A stretch of 64,000 nucleotides of DNA. Source: Minisyncoccota bacterium (GTDB lineage: Bacteria; Patescibacteriota; Minisyncoccia; Phycocordibacterales; JBAYLF01). The translations under genes and the position numbers were made by a program. The notes beneath the pieces were generated by a model. It made no database searches and was not told the DNA's origin. It worked only from the letters and a program-made list of their open reading frames with translations. The stretch covers positions 3,380 to 67,379 of the forward strand of contig JBAYLF010000001.1 in NCBI GenBank assembly GCA_041664205.1, given 5' to 3'. Of the stretch, positions 9,946 to 19,884 are shown piece by piece. Position 1 is the stretch's first letter; each line of letters begins with the position of its first letter.

Positions 9946-10605
9946 ATGGAAAAAACACTAAAAAAATTATTATGCTCACTTCTTGATTTTATTTTGCCTA
10001 AAAAAGAGCAAATAAAATATTTAGAGCTTTTAACACAGGATGAATTTTATGAAAAGACGGCAAAAGCCGATAGATTAGGCCTTGGACGACAAACCTTCCC
10101 TATTTTTGACTACAGAGACTCGTTGGTTAAAAATGCTATTTGGGAAATAAAATATAGAAAAAATGAAAAAATTATAAAACTTATAGGGAAAATTCTCTCT
10201 GATGAATTAACAGCAATACTTGGCGACTTGAGTTTATTTTCAAATTTCAATTATCCAATTTTGATACCTATCCCCCTTTCAAAAAATCGTGAAAGACAAA
10301 GAGGCTTCAACCAATGCGAACTTATAGCAAAAGTTATATGCAAAAATTCAGTTGGTATATTTTTTGAAAAAGATATTTTAATAAAAATTAAAGACACCAA
10401 ACCTCAAACTTCTTTCAGTGATAGAAAAAGTCGTTTAGAAAATTTAAAAGATTGTTTTGAAATTATTGATGTGCAAAAAATTAAAAATCAAAACATCATT
10501 CTTTTAGATGATGTTACTACGACCGGCGCAACTTTAAACGAAGCAAAAAAGTGTCTTCTAAATTCGGGTGCTAAAAAAGTTATAGCGATAACAATTGCAC
10601 ACTAG
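9946..10605 (+). CDS. ComF family protein (phosphoribosyltransferase-domain competence protein)
   Basis: C-terminal PRTase motif ILLDDVTTTGATL; divergent from pilM. Confidence 0.7.
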   Translation: MEKTLKKLLCSLLDFILPKKEQIKYLELLTQDEFYEKTAKADRLGLGRQTFPIFDYRDSLVKNAIWEIKYRKNEKIIKLIGKILSDELTAILGDLSLFSNFNYPILIPIPLSKNRERQRGFNQCELIAKVICKNSVGIFFEKDILIKIKDTKPQTSFSDRKSRLENLKDCFEIIDVQKIKNQNIILLDDVTTTGATLNEAKKCLLNSGAKKVIAITIAH

Positions 10606-10607
10606 AA

Positions 10608-11741
10608 TTACTTGGTTTCACTTTTCAAAGTTGGATCTGTATCAACTTCAAAAACTTTAAATTTAATTCGCCCAATATATTGACCATTCGGAGTTAAAAC
10701 ATTTACTCTCCAAAGTCCTGGCGTAACATTCGCTTTTATTGAATAAGTTCTATAACCACCATCTCGTCCTCCAACTATAGGAAGCGCTATCTCCGCAACG
10801 TGAACCCACGTCTTTTTTATTTCATCATACTTCTGCCACTCATGAGTAATATCTATATTAATAAGAGTCGGAGAAAAAACAGCTGTGTAAACATAAATAG
10901 GATCACCAGAAATTATGTGAACATCTTCATATGAACGTAAAAAATTTATCGTATTTGTATAAAAACTTTTATTCTCTTTTTCAATTAAATAATTACCTGA
11001 ATTATTTTCATCACTTATAGAGTGATAAATTCCATAGTCTTTGAGAGATAGAGGTAATGGCGGAATAGTATTTGTAAAATATAAAACATTCATTGTTAGA
11101 TAAATTCCAAAGATGCTCAGAAAAATTATTTTTTTATTGCGAATAAATCTTTCACGTGTAATGAAATAAAGTAATGCTAAAAATATGCCGATAACGACAA
11201 GACTTACTACTCCACTCAAAAGAAAAATATCACTACCGATACGGCGTATCAATACCGGCACAGAAAAAATTGCAAATGAAAAAATCGAAAGAAAAAGAAC
11301 ACTTATCTGAAAGCTCAAACGAATATATTTTTCCTTATAAGCTTCATTGAACATAAAAACAATAAAGAGCAGAAGGAGGAAAGGCCAGCTAGCAGTAAGG
11401 GTTGCGCCTCTAAAATAAAATACGAGGAAGGTGCTAAAAAGGCCTCCAAAAGCGAACTGTATCGTAATTATCAGCCAAAAGTGAACGAAGTCTCTGGTCT
11501 CTTGTTTAAGTTTTGATTTTATTTTTTCGTTTTCAACATGATTTAAAATAATTATTCCAGCACCAGCAAACAGTAAATGAAGAATTATCCAAAAATTTTC
11601 AATAAATAAATCTACTCTCGTCAGAAAAAAAATGTTAAATATAAATCCTGAAATAAGCGAAAAGGAAGATATCGGCCTTTCATATTTGAAATACCAATGT
11701 TTTATCCAATGTATTGATTTTCTAATTTTTTCTCTAGGCAT
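10608..11741 (-). CDS. Polytopic membrane protein with a C-terminal extracytoplasmic beta-rich domain, function unknown
   Basis: About 7 hydrophobic helices in the first 230 aa. Confidence 0.4.
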   Translation of the reverse strand: MPREKIRKSIHWIKHWYFKYERPISSFSLISGFIFNIFFLTRVDLFIENFWIILHLLFAGAGIIILNHVENEKIKSKLKQETRDFVHFWLIITIQFAFGGLFSTFLVFYFRGATLTASWPFLLLLFIVFMFNEAYKEKYIRLSFQISVLFLSIFSFAIFSVPVLIRRIGSDIFLLSGVVSLVVIGIFLALLYFITRERFIRNKKIIFLSIFGIYLTMNVLYFTNTIPPLPLSLKDYGIYHSISDENNSGNYLIEKENKSFYTNTINFLRSYEDVHIISGDPIYVYTAVFSPTLINIDITHEWQKYDEIKKTWVHVAEIALPIVGGRDGGYRTYSIKANVTPGLWRVNVLTPNGQYIGRIKFKVFEVDTDPTLKSETK

Positions 11742-11750
11742 TTTATTTTT

Positions 11751-12143
11751 TTATTTACAAGTCTTTGGAGAAAAATCCTCTTTGCTAATTGTAGAATTAT
11801 CTGGAGTAAATTTTCCATTTTCTACAATAGAACTGTCTCCTTTAACTAAAAAGCAATTAGCACCTACCACAGGAAAAACTAAACCCTTTTTGATAAACGC
11901 TACATACCAACCATTGACATCAAAAGTAGTCATTACAGTTTTTGGAGGTAGATCGTTTGATGGATAATCAGCAAATTCTGGATATCTTGCCTTAACCATA
12001 GCGATAGCTTGATCTTCTGAAAAATTGACCGGCATGATTTTTTCATTTAAAGAAATATCTTTGTGATTAAAAACTAAAGATAAAGCAACAAATAAGAGCG
12101 TGGAAAATATGGCTACAATACTTAAATAAAATTTAATGTTCAT
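11751..12143 (-). CDS. Small membrane-anchored or secreted protein, unknown function
   Basis: N-terminal hydrophobic helix. Confidence 0.3.
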   Translation of the reverse strand: MNIKFYLSIVAIFSTLLFVALSLVFNHKDISLNEKIMPVNFSEDQAIAMVKARYPEFADYPSNDLPPKTVMTTFDVNGWYVAFIKKGLVFPVVGANCFLVKGDSSIVENGKFTPDNSTISKEDFSPKTCK

Positions 12144-12228
12144 ATTATTATTCTATCTTTTTGATAAAATTTTTACAATAAAATACCGCGCGAACAAATC
12201 GTTCACGCGGTATTTAAATTTCCATCTG

Positions 12229-13278
12229 CTATTTAATTTTTACAACTTTCTCCCAAGGTAAGCCTGATTTTCCAAAATGACCGTAAGCTGCGGTTTTTTG
12301 AAATATTGGCTTGCGCAAGCCTAAACGTTTAATAATACTTTGTGGACGAAAATCAAAATTTCTATCAACGATATCTTTCAAGCTCTTGCCATTTTCATCA
12401 ACTGCTTCAACCATAACTGGTTCTGCTTTTCCAATTGCATAAGCAACTGAAACTAAAGCATTCTTCGCAAATCCATTCATTACTAAATTTTTAGCAACGA
12501 AGCGAGCCATATATGCACCTGAACGATCAACTTTTGTTGAATCTTTTCCAGAAAACGCACCTCCACCATGAGGCATAACTCCGCCATAAGTATCAACCAT
12601 TAACTTTCTTCCCGTAAGTCCTGTGTCGGCATAAAATCCTCCTAATTCAAATTTACCTGAAGGATTTATTAAAACCTCTATACCAGAAAGATCTTTTCCT
12701 ATAATTGGCTTAATGATCTTTTTTGTTATTTCATCTTCCATTTCTTTTCTGCTTACATTTGGCTTATGCTGTGTACTTACTAAAACTGAAACAACTTTTC
12801 CATTGTTAATTGTAACTTGCGATTTGCCATCCGGTAACAGCCATTTTATACCTCCTTTTCTTCTGACCTCTTCAAGTTTTTTTACAAGCGCGTGTGCTAA
12901 TACAACACCTTTAGGTAATGCTTCTTTAGTTTCGTTTGTGGCAAATCCATACATAATTCCCTGATCGCCTGCTCCTCCAGTATCCACACCCTGAGAAATA
13001 TCTGGCGATTGTTCTTCTACATAAACTTCAACATCAAGATGATCATTGTGGCCAATATCCTTATAAACTTTCTTGCCGATTTTGGCATAATCAACTTTTG
13101 CTTTAGTTGTAACTTCCCCACCTATAATAAGATGTCCATGACCTCCAAAAGTCTCCACAGCGACACGACTTAAAGGATCTTGCCTCAAGCATTCATCAAG
13201 AATTGCATCTGATATTTGATCACAAATTTTATCAGGATGACCTGAAGTAACGCTTTCTGCTGTATATATAGAATTCAT
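12229..13278 (-). CDS. metK: S-adenosylmethionine synthetase
   Basis: GHPDKICDQISDAILD, GGGAFSGKD, DTYGG motifs. Confidence 0.9.
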   Translation of the reverse strand: MNSIYTAESVTSGHPDKICDQISDAILDECLRQDPLSRVAVETFGGHGHLIIGGEVTTKAKVDYAKIGKKVYKDIGHNDHLDVEVYVEEQSPDISQGVDTGGAGDQGIMYGFATNETKEALPKGVVLAHALVKKLEEVRRKGGIKWLLPDGKSQVTINNGKVVSVLVSTQHKPNVSRKEMEDEITKKIIKPIIGKDLSGIEVLINPSGKFELGGFYADTGLTGRKLMVDTYGGVMPHGGGAFSGKDSTKVDRSGAYMARFVAKNLVMNGFAKNALVSVAYAIGKAEPVMVEAVDENGKSLKDIVDRNFDFRPQSIIKRLGLRKPIFQKTAAYGHFGKSGLPWEKVVKIK

Positions 13279-13294
13279 ATTTTTTTAATTACTA

Positions 13295-13445
13295 ATAAAA
13301 AATCCCTATTAAAAGGGAAGGATTAAAATTTAGATGTCTCGACAGACAATATCTTCCCCACTTTGGGCTAGACTTAGCACCTTACACTTAACTTAAGGTT
13401 GCTGGCGAATCAACGGGCTAGTTCCCTCATCGCACTCTTGATATA
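13295..13445 (-). promoter_or_regulatory. SAM-I (S-box) riboswitch in the metK leader
   Basis: Minus strand reads aTATCAAGAGtgcgatGAGGGAactaGCCCgttGAttcgccaGCAACC ... AGGTGCTAAgtc ... gaagatat (P1 partner), then a weak terminator (tccct-loop-aggga + T-run) just before the metK ATG. Confidence 0.7.
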
Positions 13446-13570
13446 TATTAGATCTTTTGCAAATAACCTTTCTTTCAAAATACATGAATTTTTCTAAGAA
13501 ATCCTATCTGCAAAAGATCTATTGTAAATTGATTATAACAAAAACATTTTACAGCACAACTGGACTTGAA

Positions 13571-14641
13571 CTAAGAACGTTTTTTAAATATTTCTGAGAC
13601 TTGTTTCTTTATATCCTTACTCATATAAAGCAGATAATTAAAATCCGAAGGATAGCCAACAAGCTCCATAAAACCGACTCCGGGAACTTCTTTACCATCA
13701 ACTATTGCGACAACTTCGATCGGACTCTCCCAATAATTTATAGCATTAGATATAAATTCCTGATCAGACATCAACGAGCGAACTTTTAGCACAATATTTT
13801 TGTCTGGAATTTCTATTGTCCAAGAAAGCGGATACTCTGCTTTTGTTTGAGAACTTTTCCAAATTTCATTGCCGGGCTTTAGTATTAAATTTTTGTAATG
13901 TTCCGACTTACCTTCGTGGTCTATCATATCAACCAAAAAATCTTTTTTCTTTTTATCATCATATTCAACACACATAATATCTAAACCATTTTCAAGCTGA
14001 ATAGAAAACCAACTCCACTTATCTTCTTGATAAGAAACATCCGCCCATTGATGATCCATCCAGCTCTTTCCGGTAACCTCTATAGTTTTGCCATCTATAT
14101 TTATAGTGCCTTTAGTTTTTAAATCAGTAAGTGAATAATAATAACTTTCTCTATCACAAACAGAAATATGTCCTTCACCCCCTTCCAAGAGTGGCTGCTT
14201 TTTTGATTTCAAATCAAGATTCATAAATTCAGTCTTCATATTAAAATTAAATAGTTCAGTTTCAACAATTTCATTATTAACATAACCTGAAGTTAAAATT
14301 GGACTTATATAATTTGCAAATAAAAGAGGTTTGTTAAAACTATCCCGAGAAACGAGAGAAATATTTTGAGTCTCTTTATAATTTTTCTGGGCAGAAATAT
14401 CAGAAACAAAAGAGTGCGCAAAGTAAAAATTTTTTAAAGGATTAAGACTGTCTATGAAAGGAATATTTTTTATATATGGAATTTTTACTTTCTTTGTATC
14501 AGCCTTAAAAAGACAATTCATAAAACTGTAATGATTGTCATCTTTGTCTTTCAAGTGACCGTTAAAATACCACCACTCAATAATAGCGTCATGCGCCTGA
14601 TTATCATCAGGGAAATAAATTGGTTTAATTTCTTTATACAT
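13571..14641 (-). CDS. AttH/CrtC-like lipocalin-family protein (predicted hydrolase, COG5621-like)
   Basis: N-terminal FPDDNQAHDAIIEWWYFNGHL matches the FP.DH.aH....EWWY.tG.L signature of the family. Confidence 0.55.
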   Translation of the reverse strand: MYKEIKPIYFPDDNQAHDAIIEWWYFNGHLKDKDDNHYSFMNCLFKADTKKVKIPYIKNIPFIDSLNPLKNFYFAHSFVSDISAQKNYKETQNISLVSRDSFNKPLLFANYISPILTSGYVNNEIVETELFNFNMKTEFMNLDLKSKKQPLLEGGEGHISVCDRESYYYSLTDLKTKGTINIDGKTIEVTGKSWMDHQWADVSYQEDKWSWFSIQLENGLDIMCVEYDDKKKKDFLVDMIDHEGKSEHYKNLILKPGNEIWKSSQTKAEYPLSWTIEIPDKNIVLKVRSLMSDQEFISNAINYWESPIEVVAIVDGKEVPGVGFMELVGYPSDFNYLLYMSKDIKKQVSEIFKKRS

Positions 14642-14741
14642 ATTTTATATAATATCAAGCATCAAACAAAGATCAAAATTAAAAAAACAAAAAGCGCGAC
14701 GAAATTTATATTCTTGTCGCGCTTATTTTTTACTTGAGATT

Positions 14742-15392
14742 CTATTCTAAACTTAAGTGTTTTAAAATTTTCTCAAGAGTTTTTTTATTTTCTATTACAC
14801 CTTGGTGACCAAAAAAACGAATCATATAGTTCTTACCATATTCGAGCTCGGAACTTGTCGCGGGTATTATCCTAGTATCAAGTGATGCTCTTAAGCTAAG
14901 TGTGTTAACCTCATTAAGTAAATGATCTTTCGTTTTTAAATTCTCAAGAAAATCGCTTCCTGGCCTAATTTGTCTTATTCCTATTTTTTTAGAAAAATAC
15001 GCCCAGATAGTGCCATCATTTGGAGAAGATACTGAAACGAAATTAATAACCCTCTCATCGCCTCCTAAAAAATACATATAGTATCGAGCAATAAGACCGC
15101 CCATGCTAAAAGCTACAATATCGATTTTCTCACCTGGATTAAATTTTTTTTCAATATATTCCTTAACTTGTTCAGCAGAAAATTCTAACCCTACAGAACC
15201 ATCATTTGGAAAATAATCTAATCCATAAACTTCAAATCCACGATCCTTTAAAAAGGATGTTAATTTTTGAAGTGTTTTCATAGATCCTCTTATTCCGTGA
15301 ATTATAATTACAGGATTTTTTTTAGATGTTTTCACTATTTCGCCTTCCATTCTTTTCTGTGTGAATTTTATAACTTTTTTCTGTTTTGGCAA
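14742..15392 (-). CDS. Alpha/beta-hydrolase, lipase/esterase-like
   Basis: VIIIHGIRGS oxyanion region and nucleophile elbow AFSMGG. Confidence 0.6.
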   Translation of the reverse strand: MPKQKKVIKFTQKRMEGEIVKTSKKNPVIIIHGIRGSMKTLQKLTSFLKDRGFEVYGLDYFPNDGSVGLEFSAEQVKEYIEKKFNPGEKIDIVAFSMGGLIARYYMYFLGGDERVINFVSVSSPNDGTIWAYFSKKIGIRQIRPGSDFLENLKTKDHLLNEVNTLSLRASLDTRIIPATSSELEYGKNYMIRFFGHQGVIENKKTLEKILKHLSLE

Positions 15393-15409
15393 ATTTAATT
15401 TATAAAAAA

Positions 15410-16570
15410 TTAAGCAGCTTTTTTAACTGCGCTAGCTACCGCTTTTGCAACACGCTTATCAAAAGGATTAGGAATAATATAGTTAGCTGATAATTCTTTT
15501 TTAGACACAAGCCCAGCTATAGCTAGAGCTGCAGCTAATTTCATTTTTTCCGTAATCGCTTTTGCTCGCACATCGAGTGCTCCGCGAAAAATTCCTGGAA
15601 AAGCCAAAACATTATTGATTTGATTTGGATAATCAGATCTTCCTGTGCCAAATATTTTTATTTTTGTCTTCTTCGCATCTTCAAAACTTATTTCTGAATT
15701 TGGATTTGCCATAGCAAAAACTATCGGATCATCTGCCATATCTTCCACCCATTCTTTTTTTAAACTATTTGCGACTGAAACACCAATAAAAACATCGGAG
15801 CCTAGAAGTGCCTCTTTTAAACCACCTTGTTTTTTTTCTTTATTAGTAAGCTCTGCAATTCTTTTCTTATACTCGTTCATTTCACTTCTACCTTCATAAA
15901 TACTTCCTTTGCTATCAACCATAATTATATTTTTACCAGAAACTCCGTAATGAATTAAAATATTAACAACAGCCATAGCTGCGGCACCTGCGCCATTAAC
16001 AACAAGTTTTATTTTTCTTGCATCTTTTTTTACAACGCGCAAAGCATTTACCAAAGCAGCCAGAACAACGATCGCTGTGCCATGCTGGTCATCGTGCATC
16101 ACAGGAATATCTAATTCATTTTTCAATCTTTCTTCAATTTCAAAACATCGAGGCGCAGAAATATCTTCCAAATTTATTCCGCCGAATCCTGGTGAAATTA
16201 ATTTAACCGTTTTGATTATTTCTTCAATATCCTGTGTAGCAAGACAGATTGGATAAGCATCAACTCCCGCAAACTCTTTAAACAAGATCGCCTTCCCTTC
16301 CATAACAGGCATCGCAGCTTCAGGACCTATGTTTCCCAGACCTAGCACAGCAGAACCGTCTGTAATAACTGCAACAGCATTAGATTTTAATGTGTAATCA
16401 AAAACCGCCGATTTATTTTTAGCAATATGTTTGCACACTTCAGCAACCCCAGGAGTATACGCAAGCGACAGATCTTTTTTATTTTTTATAGAAACTTTAG
16501 ATCGAACTTCCAATTTGCCTTTTAGTTTCTTATGTAATATCAGCGATTGTTTAAAATAATCCATACACAT
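15410..16570 (-). CDS. NAD(P)-dependent malic enzyme. Start taken at MCMDYFKQ; the ORF-track extension to 16732 reads through a repeat
   Basis: [27 protein letters not shown] Rossmann motif. Confidence 0.8.
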   Translation of the reverse strand: MCMDYFKQSLILHKKLKGKLEVRSKVSIKNKKDLSLAYTPGVAEVCKHIAKNKSAVFDYTLKSNAVAVITDGSAVLGLGNIGPEAAMPVMEGKAILFKEFAGVDAYPICLATQDIEEIIKTVKLISPGFGGINLEDISAPRCFEIEERLKNELDIPVMHDDQHGTAIVVLAALVNALRVVKKDARKIKLVVNGAGAAAMAVVNILIHYGVSGKNIIMVDSKGSIYEGRSEMNEYKKRIAELTNKEKKQGGLKEALLGSDVFIGVSVANSLKKEWVEDMADDPIVFAMANPNSEISFEDAKKTKIKIFGTGRSDYPNQINNVLAFPGIFRGALDVRAKAITEKMKLAAALAIAGLVSKKELSANYIIPNPFDKRVAKAVASAVKKAA

Positions 16571-16592
16571 TATATTAATTGATAAAACCCAA

Positions 16593-16667
16593 CTGTTATT
16601 CCCGCGAAGGCGGGAATCTAATTTCCATCTGCTTAATCTGGATTCCCGCTTTCGCGGGAATGACAGA
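16593..16667. repeat. Family-1 intergenic palindromic element (two ATTCCC-N8-GGGAAT hairpins bounded by CTGT(C/T)ATTCCCGCG / CGCGGGAATGACAG), copy A
   Basis: Read directly; related copies at 40233, 47976, 54420 and 57129. Confidence 0.6.
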
Positions 16668-16738
16668 GAATAGTTTATTATACAAGTAAAACAGCTCCTA
16701 TCAAAAGATGGGGGCTGTTTAGAAAATTTCACTTAAAT

Positions 16739-17500
16739 TTAAGCGCTGACAAATATAGATGTTACAAAACCATCTATTGCGACCTTGTCTCCAAATTCAT
16801 GTTTTAATTCAGATAATTCTGCCTTTAAATTATCGAGATCTTTTTCACTTTGACCAATTGCAATAATCAAAAATTTTTTTGAACTAGTTAGTAGATCTCC
16901 AAAACCATGATGACCGAAAGCAACGGACAAAGCTATACCACATTCTTCAAGAGAATGATCCTTACCTAAATATTTTCGGCTTACCACAAAACCTTCAGGC
17001 AAACCTTTAACACTTAAGTAATTAAATCTTCCTGTGCCATCATAATAACAAACACGCGCATCATGAAATTCTGCAGGACGAGCCATCTCTTCTGCTGAAA
17101 TATGAATATGTGAAATTCCTTTTTCTTTTGCTATTTTTTCATACCACAACTTTGCTTTTTCATCTGCATCTTCTGGTGGAATACCTTGTTGTGCCGCCCA
17201 AACTTTTAACGCAGCGCAACCATCGTGACTTGATATTGCATCCAATTTTGCATCTGCAAAATATTTTTCAAAAGTATCATCAGAAAGCAATATTCCACTT
17301 CCTGCGGAATGAACTCCCCACGGTGTGCCTTCATCCATACAACAAAGACAATTTATAAAATTTTCTCTGGGAAATTTATTTTTTCCCAAATTAAAAGAAT
17401 CCGTAAAATCAGATAAAGTTTTAATATACTCAGCAAAACCTATATTGTAGATTTGGCTCATAATACTTTCCTGCTCGTTAAATTTTTGATTCTTTTCCAT
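16739..17500 (-). CDS. Hypothetical protein (contains CCMDEG ... HDGC, function unknown)
   Basis: ORF only. Confidence 0.3.
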   Translation of the reverse strand: MEKNQKFNEQESIMSQIYNIGFAEYIKTLSDFTDSFNLGKNKFPRENFINCLCCMDEGTPWGVHSAGSGILLSDDTFEKYFADAKLDAISSHDGCAALKVWAAQQGIPPEDADEKAKLWYEKIAKEKGISHIHISAEEMARPAEFHDARVCYYDGTGRFNYLSVKGLPEGFVVSRKYLGKDHSLEECGIALSVAFGHHGFGDLLTSSKKFLIIAIGQSEKDLDNLKAELSELKHEFGDKVAIDGFVTSIFVSA

Positions 17501-17656
17501 ATTTATTATTTGACACTAACCGATTGTAATAGACAAAGTAGCAAACAAACTAAACAGCCACTCTTTTTACTAGATTAATTGTATTTCTAAAATAGTCAAA
17601 TTAAAAACACAACAATTTGACAAGTTATAAATATTATCGTAATCTTCACTCAGATT

Positions 17657-18091
17657 ATGAAAAACGACACTATTGCTATTGAAGTTTTAAAACGAGCATT
17701 GGAAAAAAGTTGGACTCAAAAAACATCTGCTGATCCAAAAAACTGGAACAAGGAAAATCCTCAATGGGGACAATGCGCAGTAACCGCACTTGTCGTCCAA
17801 GATTTATTTGGCGGAAAAATTTACAGATTAGATCTGGCTTTTGCTGATGATCTTAAAGTAAGACTTATGCGATCGCATTATTTTAATTCAACAGAGAACC
17901 AGCTAATCGATCTTACTGCTGATCAATTTCAGAATAATAACGATGAATATTATATTCAATCAATTCAAATGCCGGAACGCATCTTACTTTCATCAAGAGA
18001 GCGCTTGCTTTCAAATAGTGAAACAAAATCAAGATATCTTCGATTAAAACTTGATGTTGATCGTTATCTTTCTCGTGTTCCAAAAAAATAG
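17657..18091 (+). CDS. Hypothetical protein
   Basis: ORF; good terminator at 18102-18132. Confidence 0.3.
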   Translation: MKNDTIAIEVLKRALEKSWTQKTSADPKNWNKENPQWGQCAVTALVVQDLFGGKIYRLDLAFADDLKVRLMRSHYFNSTENQLIDLTADQFQNNNDEYYIQSIQMPERILLSSRERLLSNSETKSRYLRLKLDVDRYLSRVPKK

Positions 18092-18101
18092 AACAAAAAA
18101 C

Positions 18102-18132
18102 AAAAAGCCGTATCTTTCGATACGGCTTTTTT
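18102..18132. terminator. Bidirectional intrinsic terminator (gccgtatc-tttc-gatacggc + T-run) between convergent genes
   Basis: Hairpin read directly. Confidence 0.6.
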
Positions 18133-18148
18133 AAATTATATTAAGAAA

Positions 18149-18427
18149 TTATTTTGCTTCACAAACGCCATCTTTGCAACCTTCACAATTTCCACAACCC
18201 TTGCAACAACCTCTGCAAAGTCTTTTGTGGTTGATAATTTCGACAACTGCTGAAGCTCCAACTAAAACATATATCACTCGCGCTAACATAGAATCCATTC
18301 CTCCTAAAAAGATGCTTATATCATAACCCATCAAACCGACAAGAAGCCAATTTAAACCACCAATTATAAGAAGAATAAACGTAACCATGTGCAATTTTTT
18401 CATACTATTTGTATTGTGGGCTTTCAC
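18149..18427 (-). CDS. DUF378-like small membrane protein with a Cys-rich C-terminal tail (CRGCCKGCGNCEGCKDGVC)
   Basis: LIIGGLNWLLVG motif typical of DUF378, plus a 9-Cys tail. Confidence 0.45.
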   Translation of the reverse strand: MKAHNTNSMKKLHMVTFILLIIGGLNWLLVGLMGYDISIFLGGMDSMLARVIYVLVGASAVVEIINHKRLCRGCCKGCGNCEGCKDGVCEAK

Positions 18428-18518
18428 CCAACTTAAATTAATAAATACAATTACTATTATACCGTATTAAAACAACGTCGAAAATCAAACTGTGTAAAAC
18501 TTTTTAATTTTATCTTTT

Positions 18519-18863
18519 CTATATTTTTCTTTTTCTAAGCCGACTAAGCAAAAATAAAATTCCTGTAATTACTGCCGGTCCAGATATCGCAACATACCAA
18601 CTCCAGTGACGATCGAGCCCAACCATATAAACATAAAAAATAGCGAAAGCAAAAAAAGCGATCGCACCAACTAAGTCTCTCTTCCAAGATATTATAAGCA
18701 CCAACAACAAAACAATCGGTAATAAAAGATGCATAAAAAGCGCTGTGACCATCTCCCAACCTTGATATCCGCTATCAAACACATCTAAGGCAAACAATGA
18801 CAAAAACATTATAAATAAAATAGACAAAACTCTAGGACTCCAATATAAAAATTTATTTAACAT
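18519..18863 (-). CDS. Small polytopic membrane protein, unknown function
   Basis: 3-4 hydrophobic helices. Confidence 0.3.
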   Translation of the reverse strand: MLNKFLYWSPRVLSILFIMFLSLFALDVFDSGYQGWEMVTALFMHLLLPIVLLLVLIISWKRDLVGAIAFFAFAIFYVYMVGLDRHWSWYVAISGPAVITGILFLLSRLRKRKI

Positions 18864-18957
18864 AATTTAGCATTATAACATTATTTTAAAATTTTTCTAT
18901 AGATTTATATGACCATTTTTTGTTGCAAAATTTTGTGATATAAATAAAGAATAAATA

Positions 18958-19815
18958 ATGACTTCAAAACCTCCAAAAAATAATCTGAAAATCGGACTCG
19001 CACTAAGTGGTGGAAGTGCTTTGGGACTTTTTCATATTGGTGTTTTACAATCTCTTGAAGATCATGATATTTCCATAGATTGCATTAGTGGCACTAGCGC
19101 TGGAGCAATCGTAGCAGCTTGTTATGCTTTTGGTATTTCAACAACAGAAATAGCTGCACGAGCAAAAAAAATAAGCTGGTGGAATTTGTCTAGTTTTTCT
19201 TATTCCAAAATGGGTCTGGCAAATACCGACGCTATTGGCAAACTAATGGAAGAAATTTTAGGTCCAGTAAATATTGAGGACGCCAAAATTCCTCTAACGA
19301 TTGTAGCAACTGACATTAAAAGTGGCGAAAGAATAGTATTTAAAAAAGGTAATGTATCACAAGCTGTTATGGCTAGTGTTTGCATACCTGGATTATTTGC
19401 GCCTGTGCATGTCGGTGACTTATTGTTAGTAGATGGCGGACTAGTAGAAAATCTGCCTTTATTAGCTTTAAACGACTTAGAGCCTAATTTAAAAATTGGA
19501 GTAAATTTAACTCGCTGGCGAACCTGTAAAGAACCAACGAGTGTTATTGATGTAATGCTTAACACTTTATATATCATAAGCCAAAAACAAATCATCTCTC
19601 ATTCTCAAGATACAGAAATTTTAATCGAACCTCATTTAGAAAAATACAGTGCTTCTGATTTCAAAAAAGTTGATGAATTAATGGCAGAAGGCTATCGTGC
19701 CATCACTCTAGCTATGCCAGAAATTAAACAAAAAATAAAAGAAGAAACTGTTCGAATTCTAGAACACCAGCCAAATTTGCTAGTAAAATTCTTCAAGTGG
19801 TTGAAAGGAGAATAA
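18958..19815 (+). CDS. Patatin-like phospholipase
   Basis: GGSALG oxyanion motif, GTSAG serine motif, DGG aspartate motif. Confidence 0.75.
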   Translation: MTSKPPKNNLKIGLALSGGSALGLFHIGVLQSLEDHDISIDCISGTSAGAIVAACYAFGISTTEIAARAKKISWWNLSSFSYSKMGLANTDAIGKLMEEILGPVNIEDAKIPLTIVATDIKSGERIVFKKGNVSQAVMASVCIPGLFAPVHVGDLLLVDGGLVENLPLLALNDLEPNLKIGVNLTRWRTCKEPTSVIDVMLNTLYIISQKQIISHSQDTEILIEPHLEKYSASDFKKVDELMAEGYRAITLAMPEIKQKIKEETVRILEHQPNLLVKFFKWLKGE

Positions 19816-19884
19816 TAAACTTAATTTTTAAAATAGGAATTCATTTTAAAAAAGGCAACTACTTATTAGTTGCCCTTTACCGTC

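Noticed and set aside
16571-16732. 54-aa N-terminal extension of the malic enzyme ORF (CFTCIINYSLSFPRKRESRLSRW...)
   Set aside because: The extension reads straight through family-1 repeat copy A, which happens to lack stop codons. The conserved malic-enzyme sequence starts at the internal ATG at 16570, so the extension is an ORF-calling artefact.
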